From assembly GCA_902786465.1 (NCBI GenBank), contig CADACQ010000009.1, positions 3,339 through 67,338 of the forward strand: a DNA stretch of 64,000 nt, in the 5' to 3' direction. Position 1 is the first letter of the stretch, and each line of letters opens with the position of its first letter. Source of the stretch: an uncultured Eubacteriales bacterium (GTDB lineage: Bacteria; Bacillota; Clostridia; Christensenellales; CAG-138). A program made the translations under genes and the position numbers. The notes below the pieces were generated by a model, which did not search any database, was not told where the DNA came from, and saw only the letters and a list, made by a program, of their open reading frames with translations. Positions 47,852 through 55,534 of the stretch are shown here, piece by piece.

Positions 47852-48442
47852 ATGGCCGCCGACAAGCGCAAACGGCGCTTCTCCACCTACATCCTGCCCA
47901 TCCTGTTCTGCGGGCTGCTGATCGCCCTAGCCGTCCTGACGGACCGGCACAAAGAACAGCCCGTCAAGGGGGTGCTGCAGGAGGGCGAGCCCCTGACCCT
48001 GACGGAGCAGGCCATAGAGAACTACCTCTACGCCGCCGGGTTCACCCTGCGGGGCGAAACGATCCTGGATAGCAACAACCAGCAGGTCGGCACCCTGACT
48101 CTTTGCCGGAACGACGGCGGCGCCATCGAATCCATGACGCTCTCCTTCCCCCTGTCCACCTACATTCCCACGGAGGACGACGAGGACATGGACGGGCTGA
48201 AGGCGGCCCACGACGAGGACGCCCGACAGGGGCAGGAACTGTTCTTATCCCTCTTCGACGCCATCTCTGCCACGGACAAGCGGGTGGCCAATCGGCGGGA
48301 CAGCGCTTCAGCGAAGTTCCAGACCACCATGGACACCGGCAAAGCATCTGCCCAGGCCGCCAACAGCTGGCGGTTCGACTTTTCCCTTATACCCGAAACC
48401 TTCAAGGGCACGGTCACCGTTTTGTTTACACTTGTAAAATAA
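47852..48442 (+). CDS. Membrane-anchored protein of unknown function
   Basis: 196 aa with a basic N-terminus plus one TM helix (STYILPILFCGLLIALAVL). Starts 5 nt after the preceding stop. Confidence 0.65.
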   Translation: MAADKRKRRFSTYILPILFCGLLIALAVLTDRHKEQPVKGVLQEGEPLTLTEQAIENYLYAAGFTLRGETILDSNNQQVGTLTLCRNDGGAIESMTLSFPLSTYIPTEDDEDMDGLKAAHDEDARQGQELFLSLFDAISATDKRVANRRDSASAKFQTTMDTGKASAQAANSWRFDFSLIPETFKGTVTVLFTLVK

Positions 48443-48538
48443 TCGTATTCCGCAAATAATCCGCAATTTGGTCATAGAGTTGTGACGTTTTGGACGAATC
48501 TGCCTGCTATGCTCGGAGCATGGAGAGGAGGTTCAGCC

Positions 48539-50029
48539 ATGAAACGAGTCACAGCTTTCTTTTTGTTCTGCCTTCTTTTGCTCACGGGCTGCCAGCCCAC
48601 GCCTGCCGTGGAGACGGTGCCGCCCAAGGACTTCGACGCCCTGATCGAAAAGGCGCAAACGAGCCCCGCAACCGTGCAAGTGACGCTGGTGCCGGAAGCT
48701 GAGGAGATCTCTGCCGCCGCAGCGGAGGAGGCATTGGAGCGCTTTCAAATGGAGTTCTATGGGAATTCAGAGGCCTTCCATGTGGTGGTGGACGCCCAGG
48801 TGGTCCGGCCCCAGGGGTCCTTCCCCATCTTGGAAGTGACTCCCGGGGACTTCGACGACGAGAGCGCCCAGCCCTTCTTTGACGTGCTGACGGAGGGATA
48901 CACCCTCTATACGGCGGAGGAGCTGGAGACCAAGGCGTCTCTTGAAAAGGAGATCTTGGAGATGCAGCAGTTCATCGACGACGGGCTCCCCGGCTACGAC
49001 GGCCCGGCCAGCAAGAAGAAGGACGAGATCAAACACTGGAAGGACGAGCTGGAGAAGCTGAAGCAGCGGTATCTCACCGCCCGGGACGAGCCGGGGATCC
49101 CCTCCGCCAAAGTGCAGCTCACCTGGCGGGAGCCTGCCAAGTACGACACCCAGACTGCCGGCGCCTTCCTGGTGCAGAGCGCGGACAGGAAGCAGACCTT
49201 TCGGGTCCGGACCAACGCCACAGGCGCCCACGGAAAGCGCAACTTTGACAGCAAAGAGGCCGTGGTCATGTTCTGCAACGACGCCGCTTTGCCGGAGAAC
49301 GCCATCCGCGCCTTCTATCAGTCCGACGCCATCGAGGACAGGGACGCCGTGCCCGTTGGATCCGGCCTGACGGCCACGCCTCGGGAAGCCCAGGAGCAGG
49401 CGGAGGCCCTGGTGCAGCGGCTGGGGCTCACGGACTTTGCCGTGAAGGACGTGCGGCTGACCCACGCCCCGGAGGAGGCGGACGGACTTATCGGCGTGCC
49501 CTGCTACCTGTACAGCGTGTCCTTCGCACGGATGGTGAACGGCGTCCCCGTGATCCGGCCCACCAACAGATCCAGCTCCGGGGACGAGGCGGAGCCCCGG
49601 CCCTCCTGGGCCTATGAGAAGCTGGCGATATCGCTGCGGAACAAGGATGTATACGGCTTCACCTACGGCGGCCCCCTGGTGCTGGGAAAGACCCTGGTGG
49701 AGGACGCCAACCTCATGTCCTTCGACGCGGTCATGGAGCGATTCGACCAGATGGTGCGGGTGAAGTACGAAGGCATGATGGCCGATCCGGGCTGGGGCGG
49801 CATCCGATCCATGGAGGTGCGGGTGGATCGGATCGAGCTCAGTTTGGAGCGGGTGGCCCAGCCGGACAACATCAACGGCGGGCTGCTGGTGCCCGTGTGG
49901 AGCTTCTACGGATCCATCCTCTGCACCCGGCCGGAGGATTCCTTCGACCACGTCTTTGACCACGCCATGCCCTTCCTCACCCTGAACGCCGTGGACGGGA
50001 ATCTCATCAACCCCATGAAGGGATATTGA
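48539..50029 (+). CDS. Lipoprotein, paralog 1 of 3 (unknown family, PepSY-like C-terminal motif)
   Basis: The ATG at 48539 follows GGAGAGGAGG. Signal plus lipobox MKRVTAFFLFCLLLLTGCQPTP. C-terminus LVPVWSFYG ... LTLNAVDGNLINP. Confidence 0.75.
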   Translation: MKRVTAFFLFCLLLLTGCQPTPAVETVPPKDFDALIEKAQTSPATVQVTLVPEAEEISAAAAEEALERFQMEFYGNSEAFHVVVDAQVVRPQGSFPILEVTPGDFDDESAQPFFDVLTEGYTLYTAEELETKASLEKEILEMQQFIDDGLPGYDGPASKKKDEIKHWKDELEKLKQRYLTARDEPGIPSAKVQLTWREPAKYDTQTAGAFLVQSADRKQTFRVRTNATGAHGKRNFDSKEAVVMFCNDAALPENAIRAFYQSDAIEDRDAVPVGSGLTATPREAQEQAEALVQRLGLTDFAVKDVRLTHAPEEADGLIGVPCYLYSVSFARMVNGVPVIRPTNRSSSGDEAEPRPSWAYEKLAISLRNKDVYGFTYGGPLVLGKTLVEDANLMSFDAVMERFDQMVRVKYEGMMADPGWGGIRSMEVRVDRIELSLERVAQPDNINGGLLVPVWSFYGSILCTRPEDSFDHVFDHAMPFLTLNAVDGNLINPMKGY

Positions 50030-50042
50030 AAGGAGTGCATAT

Positions 50043-51485
50043 ATGAAAAGAATCTGCATGTTTATTCTGGTTGTCCTGTTTTTATGCGTCGGCTGTCAGC
50101 CCACGCCGGAGCAGGAATATGTGATAAACAAGAAGGACAACGATCTGGGGCAGAAGGTGGAGGCAAGGAGCGATCTGAAAGCCCAGACGTTTCCCAGCCG
50201 CTGGGAGCAGGAAGCCACAGAGGTGCGCCAGGGGCTCACCGTCCGGGTGGATGCGGACATTCTGCAGAAGGCGGACGGCCTCTACCCCGTATACCGGACC
50301 CGTGGCGCGGACATCACCATTGACGACGCCGCGGCGTGGGCAGGGAAGCTCCTCCCCGCACCGGTGTCCCGGACCGATCGGGAATGGACCAAGGCACAAT
50401 GGGAAAAGGAGCTGCAGGATTATCTGCAGCGGATCGACGATCTCAAGGCCTGGATCGCCGCCGGCCGCCCCTACGACGGGGTGGACCGGGACGAATATCT
50501 GCCGGACCCAGAGGAGATCGAGGAACAGACGAATCAATATATGGAGCTGATTCAAAAGGCTCCGGATAAGAACAAGACCACCCCTCTCTCCGACTTTCGG
50601 GACATGCCCAAGGGGCAAGGCTACGCCTACGCCCTGTCCGACGGGTCCACCGCCTATATCAGCTGGGACGAGGACTACGTCCAGATCGGCAAGGGTTGCC
50701 GCCGGGACGCCTATATCTATTACAACTATTACTATGAGGACGAGAAGGACATGGACGATTCCCCCTATGCGCCTCTGTGGCAGGACGTGACCATGACCCG
50801 GGGGGCGGCGGAGGCGGTCCTCCAAAGGGAGCTGCAGCGGCTGGGCTTTGAGGATTTCTCCATCTTCGGTGCCTTTCCCGCCAATCTCATGGACGCGGGC
50901 GGCATGGGCGATTCGGATCGGGTGGCCGTGGGCTGGTCCTTCCATCTGAAGCGGAACCCGGGCGGCTACCCCACCGTGGACGTGCCCTATGAGCCCGCCC
51001 AGGAGCTAAACTACGGCGCCACCGATGAGTTCACCGCGAGCCCCCATATGCGGGAGGAGACGCTGGAGCTGATGGTGGACGAGCGAGGCGTGCAATGTTT
51101 CCTGTTCAGCGCCAAAAAGGAGATCGCCGGCATTGAGAACACTAACGTGGAGCTGCTGCCCTTTGAAGAGGCGAAGACCCGGATCCTCAACGCCTTCGCT
51201 ATGTGCTACCCCACCTACGACTGGAACAAGGACAAGGATCTGAGGCTGGAGATCTATCGGGTGCTCATCACCTCCTACACCCTGCGCCTGCCCAACAGCG
51301 AGGACCGCCGTGAGGTGCCCTGCTATGTGGTGTTCTATGACGACAGCATCAACTATTCGGACCCCTCCCAGCCCAACTATGAACAGAACCGGGACCGGGT
51401 GCGGAACGATCCCAATCTGATGCACGACTGCCTGTTCATCAACGCGGTGGACGGGTCTGTCATCCACACGGACTGGGGCTGGTGA
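50043..51485 (+). CDS. Lipoprotein, paralog 2 of 3
   Basis: MKRICMFILVVLFLCVGCQPTP. C-terminus LFINAVDGSVIHTDWGW. AAAGGAG lies upstream. Confidence 0.75.
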   Translation: MKRICMFILVVLFLCVGCQPTPEQEYVINKKDNDLGQKVEARSDLKAQTFPSRWEQEATEVRQGLTVRVDADILQKADGLYPVYRTRGADITIDDAAAWAGKLLPAPVSRTDREWTKAQWEKELQDYLQRIDDLKAWIAAGRPYDGVDRDEYLPDPEEIEEQTNQYMELIQKAPDKNKTTPLSDFRDMPKGQGYAYALSDGSTAYISWDEDYVQIGKGCRRDAYIYYNYYYEDEKDMDDSPYAPLWQDVTMTRGAAEAVLQRELQRLGFEDFSIFGAFPANLMDAGGMGDSDRVAVGWSFHLKRNPGGYPTVDVPYEPAQELNYGATDEFTASPHMREETLELMVDERGVQCFLFSAKKEIAGIENTNVELLPFEEAKTRILNAFAMCYPTYDWNKDKDLRLEIYRVLITSYTLRLPNSEDRREVPCYVVFYDDSINYSDPSQPNYEQNRDRVRNDPNLMHDCLFINAVDGSVIHTDWGW

Positions 51486-52948
51486 AAGGAGTGTATATAT
51501 GCGTATTTATTCTGTCGTTCGTCCTGATATTCACCGGCTGCCTGCCCACGCCTGCGGAGGAAGTGGTGATCCACAAGAACGAAGGGACCCTGGAGCAGCA
51601 GATCAGCGCCACGGCGGCCCCGGCCTATGAGATCACCATCGGCGCGGAGGGGCAAGCGAAGGCGGAGGCCCCGGCGGCTCAGCTTGGGGAAGCCACCGCC
51701 GCGCCGGAGCAAAACACCCTGCGGACCGCCGTGGGGGCCCCGGAAACGGTTCAGGACAGCTTCGATGGCCCGGCGGTAGGAGATCGGCTGTATATAGAGA
51801 TGGATGCGGCGGTGGAGGTGCCCAATGTGGAGAAGGTGCCCGTGCTCCGGGGCCGGGTGGGCTACGAGCCGGAAAAGGCGGCGGAGCGGATTGCCAAGGT
51901 CCTGTTGGGGGACGGGCCCTATCTCCGCCCCGGCCACAGCGAGCGGGCGTATAACCAGCTGATGATGGAATACTATCAGAAGTGGATCGAAGCCCTGGAC
52001 CAAAAGCCCTACGGCCCGGCGGCGGACTACGACCAGTTGCGGGAGAACCTGCAGCAGAACTTTGACGCCAACGCCGAGGGGTTCCGGAACGCCGACACCA
52101 AGTATGATCGGCCCAGCCAGCCCTGGACCGGCAGCTTTTCCGACGCCATCGAGGGCGGCATCAGCATCAGCAACGGGGAGCGAAGCTTCGGCATGGTTGC
52201 CGGCAACACCCACTTTGCTTGCAGTGCGGGCAGCCACCCCTCCCTTTACGGCTGGATGGACTGCCCTCGGAGGCCCCGGAACGAGGAGGAAGAACGATGG
52301 CTGCAGAACGCCGCAGACTTTGCCAACTCTCTGGGCTGCGCCCAGGTGATCCCCCAGTACATCAACGATGCGGACGAGGACACCCGGGTCCGCTGCCAGG
52401 TGGAGACCGGCTTTGACAGCGGCTACAAGCACTTCACCCTGCTGCCCGTCTACGAGGGCATCCCGGTCTACCCCTACACCACCATGTACGGCTCCGACAC
52501 GGGGCGGCAGGCGGCGGGTATCCCCTTCGCTCGGAACCTGGAACAGGAGGAGATCTTCGGCACCCTGTATAACGGCGAGGTGGTCAAGCTCCAATGGAAC
52601 AGCCCCTTCACGGTGCTGAGCGTGGAGAACGAGAACGTGCCGCTGCTCTCCTTCGAGCGGATCATGGAGATCTTCAAGCGGCAGGTGTTCATGAGCGTCT
52701 ATTGCGACCAGGGCCACCCCATCACCTACAAGATCACGGCCATCCAGTTCTCCTATATGCGGGTCCAGATCAAGGACAGCGACGACTATTACCTGCTGCC
52801 CGTGTGGGACTTCACGGGCTATATGATCCACGACTGGCAGATGAGCCCCGGGGATATGGCCGTGTCCCGGGGGTTCTTCCACAGCATGTCCATCCTGACC
52901 ATCAACGCCGTGGACGGCAGCGTCTTGGACCGGTTTTTGGGGCATTGA
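51482..52948 (+). CDS. Lipoprotein, paralog 3 of 3 (start uncertain)
   Basis: (M)KGVYICVFILSFVLIFTGCLPTP. C-terminus LLPVWDFTGY ... LTINAVDGSVLDRF. The only in-frame starts are GTG codons at 51482 and 51491. Confidence 0.7.
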   Translation: MKGVYICVFILSFVLIFTGCLPTPAEEVVIHKNEGTLEQQISATAAPAYEITIGAEGQAKAEAPAAQLGEATAAPEQNTLRTAVGAPETVQDSFDGPAVGDRLYIEMDAAVEVPNVEKVPVLRGRVGYEPEKAAERIAKVLLGDGPYLRPGHSERAYNQLMMEYYQKWIEALDQKPYGPAADYDQLRENLQQNFDANAEGFRNADTKYDRPSQPWTGSFSDAIEGGISISNGERSFGMVAGNTHFACSAGSHPSLYGWMDCPRRPRNEEEERWLQNAADFANSLGCAQVIPQYINDADEDTRVRCQVETGFDSGYKHFTLLPVYEGIPVYPYTTMYGSDTGRQAAGIPFARNLEQEEIFGTLYNGEVVKLQWNSPFTVLSVENENVPLLSFERIMEIFKRQVFMSVYCDQGHPITYKITAIQFSYMRVQIKDSDDYYLLPVWDFTGYMIHDWQMSPGDMAVSRGFFHSMSILTINAVDGSVLDRFLGH

Positions 52949-52965
52949 TTATTTTTGGCAGCCCC

Positions 52966-52994
52966 TTGCAAAATGAATACAGTCATGATATTAT
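52966..52994 (+). promoter_or_regulatory. Candidate promoter of the YitT-family gene
   Basis: TTGCAA, 17 nt, TATTAT. Confidence 0.55.
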
Positions 52995-53028
52995 ACAGGC
53001 TGTCAATTCGTTCAGGGGGCAAGAAACA

Positions 53029-53904
53029 GTGGAAAAGCTGAAAAAATCGGTTTGCATACAGGAATGGGGCAAGGACATTCTGGCGGATGTGCTGGGGGCG
53101 TTGCTGTACGGCGCGGGCGTGTACGTGTTCGCCGTGAACGCCAACTTCGCGCCGGGCGGGATCACGGGCCTCGCGATCCTGGTGAACCACTTCTTCCCCT
53201 TCCTGCCCATCGGCACCCTGACCGTTATCATCAACATCCCGGTCATCCTGTTGTGCTATGCGTACCTGGGAAAGAAGTATTTGGTGAAGTCCATCCTCTC
53301 CATGGGCATCATCGCCTTCGTACTGGACGTGATCTACCCCCACGTGCCCGTCTACACCGGGGACCCGCTGCTGGCGGCCCTGTTCGCGGGCGTGATCTCC
53401 GGCGTGGGCCTGGCGCTCATCTACGCACGAGGCTACTGCACCGGCGGGTCTGACTTCATCATCATGGCCATCCGCAAGAAGTTCCCCCACCTGTCTGTGG
53501 GCTCCATCACGCTGATCATCGACGGCTGCATCATCCTGGCGGGCGGCTTCGTCTTCGGCCGGGTGGACGCGGTGCTGCAGGGCATCGTCATGACCGGGGC
53601 CAGCACGGTGATGATCGACAAGATCCTCTACGGTGCCGGCTCCGGCAAGCGCATCACCGTCATCACCGACAAGGGCCAGGAGGTGGCGGACGCCATCGGG
53701 ACCCAGCTCCACCGGGGCGTGACCATGATGAAGGTGGTGGGCGCCTACTCCGGCCTCGAGCACACCATGCTCCTCTGCGCCTGCTCCAACTCCGAAGGGT
53801 ACCGGGTGAAGAAGCTGGTCTACTCCATCGACCCCAAGGCCCTCATCATGATCTCCCCCAACGACGAGGTCTTCGGCGAGGGGTTCAAGAGTCCCGAGGA
53901 TTGA
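53029..53904 (+). CDS. YitT-family membrane protein (DUF2179 C-terminal domain)
   Basis: The GTG at 53029 is preceded by AGGGGG. Polytopic N-terminus plus a C-terminal soluble domain. The upstream part of ORF 52594.. overlaps paralog 3 out of frame. Confidence 0.85.
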   Translation: MEKLKKSVCIQEWGKDILADVLGALLYGAGVYVFAVNANFAPGGITGLAILVNHFFPFLPIGTLTVIINIPVILLCYAYLGKKYLVKSILSMGIIAFVLDVIYPHVPVYTGDPLLAALFAGVISGVGLALIYARGYCTGGSDFIIMAIRKKFPHLSVGSITLIIDGCIILAGGFVFGRVDAVLQGIVMTGASTVMIDKILYGAGSGKRITVITDKGQEVADAIGTQLHRGVTMMKVVGAYSGLEHTMLLCACSNSEGYRVKKLVYSIDPKALIMISPNDEVFGEGFKSPED

Positions 53905-53963
53905 CCTTGACGGCCCGGCCCCGAGGGGATAAGATGAAAGCAGGACACAAGGAGGACGATCAT

Positions 53964-54281
53964 ATGGCCCACAGCGAAGCCTTTTACAAGAAGCCCGAGG
54001 AGTGCCACTACTCCTTCTTCCAGCACAAGGAGTGCGAGTTCTTCCCCTGCCACAAGACGGATCACCCGGAGGACTTCAACTGCCTGTTCTGCTACTGCCC
54101 CCTGTTCGCCCTGGGGAAAAAGTGCAAGGGCAACTTCCGGTACACGGAGAACGGCGTGAAGGACTGCTCGAACTGCCTCATCCCCCACACCCGCAAGAGC
54201 TATTCCTACATCATCTCCCGGTTCCCGGAGCTCATGGAGGTGGCGAAGGAGCAGGACCGGGCGGAAGATGAAAAGGCCTGA
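53964..54281 (+). CDS. Cysteine-rich small metal-binding domain protein
   Basis: The ATG at 53964 follows AAGGAGGA. 105 aa with clustered Cys/His (ECEFFPCH, FNCLFCYCPLF, CSNC). Confidence 0.75.
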   Translation: MAHSEAFYKKPEECHYSFFQHKECEFFPCHKTDHPEDFNCLFCYCPLFALGKKCKGNFRYTENGVKDCSNCLIPHTRKSYSYIISRFPELMEVAKEQDRAEDEKA

Positions 54282-54290
54282 AAAAAACTC

Positions 54291-54319
54291 TTGCATTCTA
54301 AAATGAAATAGTGTATTAT
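54291..54319 (+). promoter_or_regulatory. Promoter of tRNA-Ser
   Basis: TTGCAT (54291..54296), 17 nt, TATTAT (54314..54319), 16 nt before the tRNA. Confidence 0.7.
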
Positions 54320-54335
54320 ACCCATCGGACCCTGT

Positions 54336-54426
54336 GCAGAGATGGCTGAGCTGGTCTAAGGCGCACGACTGGAAATCGTGTATACTAGGAATAGTATCGA
54401 GGGTTCGAATCCCTCTCTCTGCGCCA
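54336..54426 (+). tRNA. tRNA-Ser (anticodon GGA), long variable arm, CCA encoded
   Basis: GCAGAGA/TCTCTGC acceptor, anticodon loop CTGGAAA, T-arm GAGGG-TTCGAAT-CCCTC, 91 nt. Confidence 0.92.
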
Positions 54427-54462
54427 ACAAAAAGAGCACCCAATTCGGGTGCTCTTTTTGTT
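54427..54462 (+). terminator. Terminator after tRNA-Ser
   Basis: ACAAAAAGAGCACCC-AATT-CGGGTGCTCTTTTTGTT. Confidence 0.85.
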
Positions 54463-54470
54463 ACATCGAA

Positions 54471-54576
54471 TGGAGAGGGATTCGAAGGGCGCAGGAGTGA
54501 ATGGAGCGCCAGTGGCGCTCCAGAGCTGCGCCCCGACCAAGCCCGCAGGCGCGACCGAATCCCTCTCTCTGCGCCA
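54471..54576 (+). repeat. tRNA-flanking structured element, copy S1 (arms match the tRNA-Ser 3' end, ends in GCGCCA)
   Basis: The 5' arm GGAGAGGGATTCG pairs with the 3' arm CGAATCCCTCTCT. Core at 54487..54533: GGGCGCAG-GAGTGAA-TGGAGCGCC-AGT-GGCGCTCCA-GAG-CTGCGCCC. Confidence 0.85.
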
Positions 54577-54612
54577 ACAAAATAGGCACCCTTCATGGGT
54601 GCCTTTTTTGTT
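54577..54612 (+). terminator. Second terminator hairpin (diverged copy of 54427..54462)
   Basis: ACAAAATAGGCACCC-TTCA-TGGGTGCCTTTTTTGTT. Confidence 0.8.
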
Positions 54613-54620
54613 GGCAAAAA

Positions 54621-54730
54621 GCAGAGAGAGGGATTCGAACGGGCAGGTAGTGAATGAGGCTCCAGTGGAGCCTCAGAGCCTGCCCTGACCGAGCGCGTCG
54701 AGCGCGAGAGCGAATCCCTCTCTCTGCGCC
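54621..54730 (+). repeat. tRNA-flanking structured element, copy S2 (17-bp closing helix identical to the tRNA-Ser acceptor and T-stem)
   Basis: GCAGAGAGAGGGATTCG (54621..54637) pairs perfectly with CGAATCCCTCTCTCTGC (54711..54727). Core at 54641..54685: GGGCAGG-TAGTGAA-TGAGGCTCC-AGT-GGAGCCTCA-GAG-CCTGCCC. Confidence 0.85.
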
Positions 54731-54733
54731 CCT

Positions 54734-55534
54734 TTAAACGATCCCCCCTGCGGCTTCGCCGCTTCCCCCCTTTACGCAAAGGGGGCTCTTCTCCGGCAGC
54801 AGCAGGAACGCCACAGCCCACACGACCAGCAAAGCCAGCAGCGCCCAAACCGGCCACATCTCGATCATGACCAGCTGCGTTTCATACCCCATGGCATGCG
54901 CCGCCAGATCCTGCAAAAAATGGAGCACCATGGGCACGAGGATGTTGTGGGAATGCAGATATATCGCCGCCATGGCAAATCCGAATACGCCAGCGAACAA
55001 TTCCGAACCGCTTCCGATGTGTAATGCTGCGAACAATAATCCGCTGAGCAAACCGTAGACCAGCCGCCGCCTTCCTGTCCGTTCCCCATGCTGATAGTAA
55101 CCTTCCAGCAGCAATCCACGAAAAGTTATCTCTTCAAAAAAGCCTGTGGTGATCTGTTGACAGATCAGGTCCGCAAACAGCAGCTGCCACGGGATCGACT
55201 TGAGCTCCCGCCAATAGGACGCTGGAGTCTTGGTAAACACGATGATGATCTCTGCCAGGATATAGATGAGCACCCCGCCGCCCGCCAGCAGGGCAGCGCC
55301 CAGGTTCTTCCCGTGGATGACGTTTCGCCAGTTGCCCTTATCGAAATACTTGATCAGCAGCCACAGGGACAGCGCACCGAAGACCACACGCACCAGGCTG
55401 TCGATCAGCAGTCGAGCCGTCGTGTTTTGAATGAACTGCGTACCCAGGACATCCACGCCCACGAACGCCGCTATGACCAGCACCGCCAGCCAGAATCCAC
55501 CCTGGGGCTTCCATTTCTGCGTCTGATTCCCCAT
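54734..55534 (-). CDS. CPBP family intramembrane glutamic endopeptidase (CAAX protease-like)
   Basis: EEITFRGLL and FAALH motifs. The ATG at 55534 shares one nt with the upstream stop. The ORF is open to 55579. Confidence 0.85.
   Translation of the reverse strand: MGNQTQKWKPQGGFWLAVLVIAAFVGVDVLGTQFIQNTTARLLIDSLVRVVFGALSLWLLIKYFDKGNWRNVIHGKNLGAALLAGGGVLIYILAEIIIVFTKTPASYWRELKSIPWQLLFADLICQQITTGFFEEITFRGLLLEGYYQHGERTGRRRLVYGLLSGLLFAALHIGSGSELFAGVFGFAMAAIYLHSHNILVPMVLHFLQDLAAHAMGYETQLVMIEMWPVWALLALLVVWAVAFLLLPEKSPLCVKGGSGEAAGGIV

Noticed and set aside
46849-47886. N-terminal 346 codons of the 1020-aa ORF 44824..47886
   Set aside because: This part is antisense to the acyltransferase-like gene at 46957..47847. 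The U32 homology begins at the ATG at 46848, which has its own promoter.
48767-52945. Minus-strand ORFs of 430, 287, 153 and 522 aa opposite the three lipoprotein genes
   Set aside because: They are antisense to ORFs with signal peptides, lipoboxes and shared C-terminal motifs. Their translations are H/G/V/L/P-rich with no recognisable features.
54406-54730. CRISPR array or classical integrated island bounded by tRNA 3'-end direct repeats
   Set aside because: There are only three ~20-nt direct copies, each paired with an inverted copy. The material between them is homologous rather than unique spacer sequence. No cas genes, integrase or phage genes occur anywhere in the window, and the repeats are only ~150 bp apart.
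54497-54733. Small peptides starting at the ATG inside the conserved GTGAATG of the elements (also 24018 on the minus strand, ORF 23833..24018)
   Set aside because: There is no properly spaced Shine-Dalgarno sequence. The predicted peptides differ in length (27 to 61+ aa) and sequence. Substitutions between copies occur as base-paired compensations rather than at synonymous codon positions.
53820-54857. 345-aa minus-strand ORF spanning tRNA-Ser and elements S1 and S2
   Set aside because: It reads through a tRNA gene, two terminators and the repeats. The repeated GAERGIR peptides are simply the translated tRNA T-arm. It is not coding.
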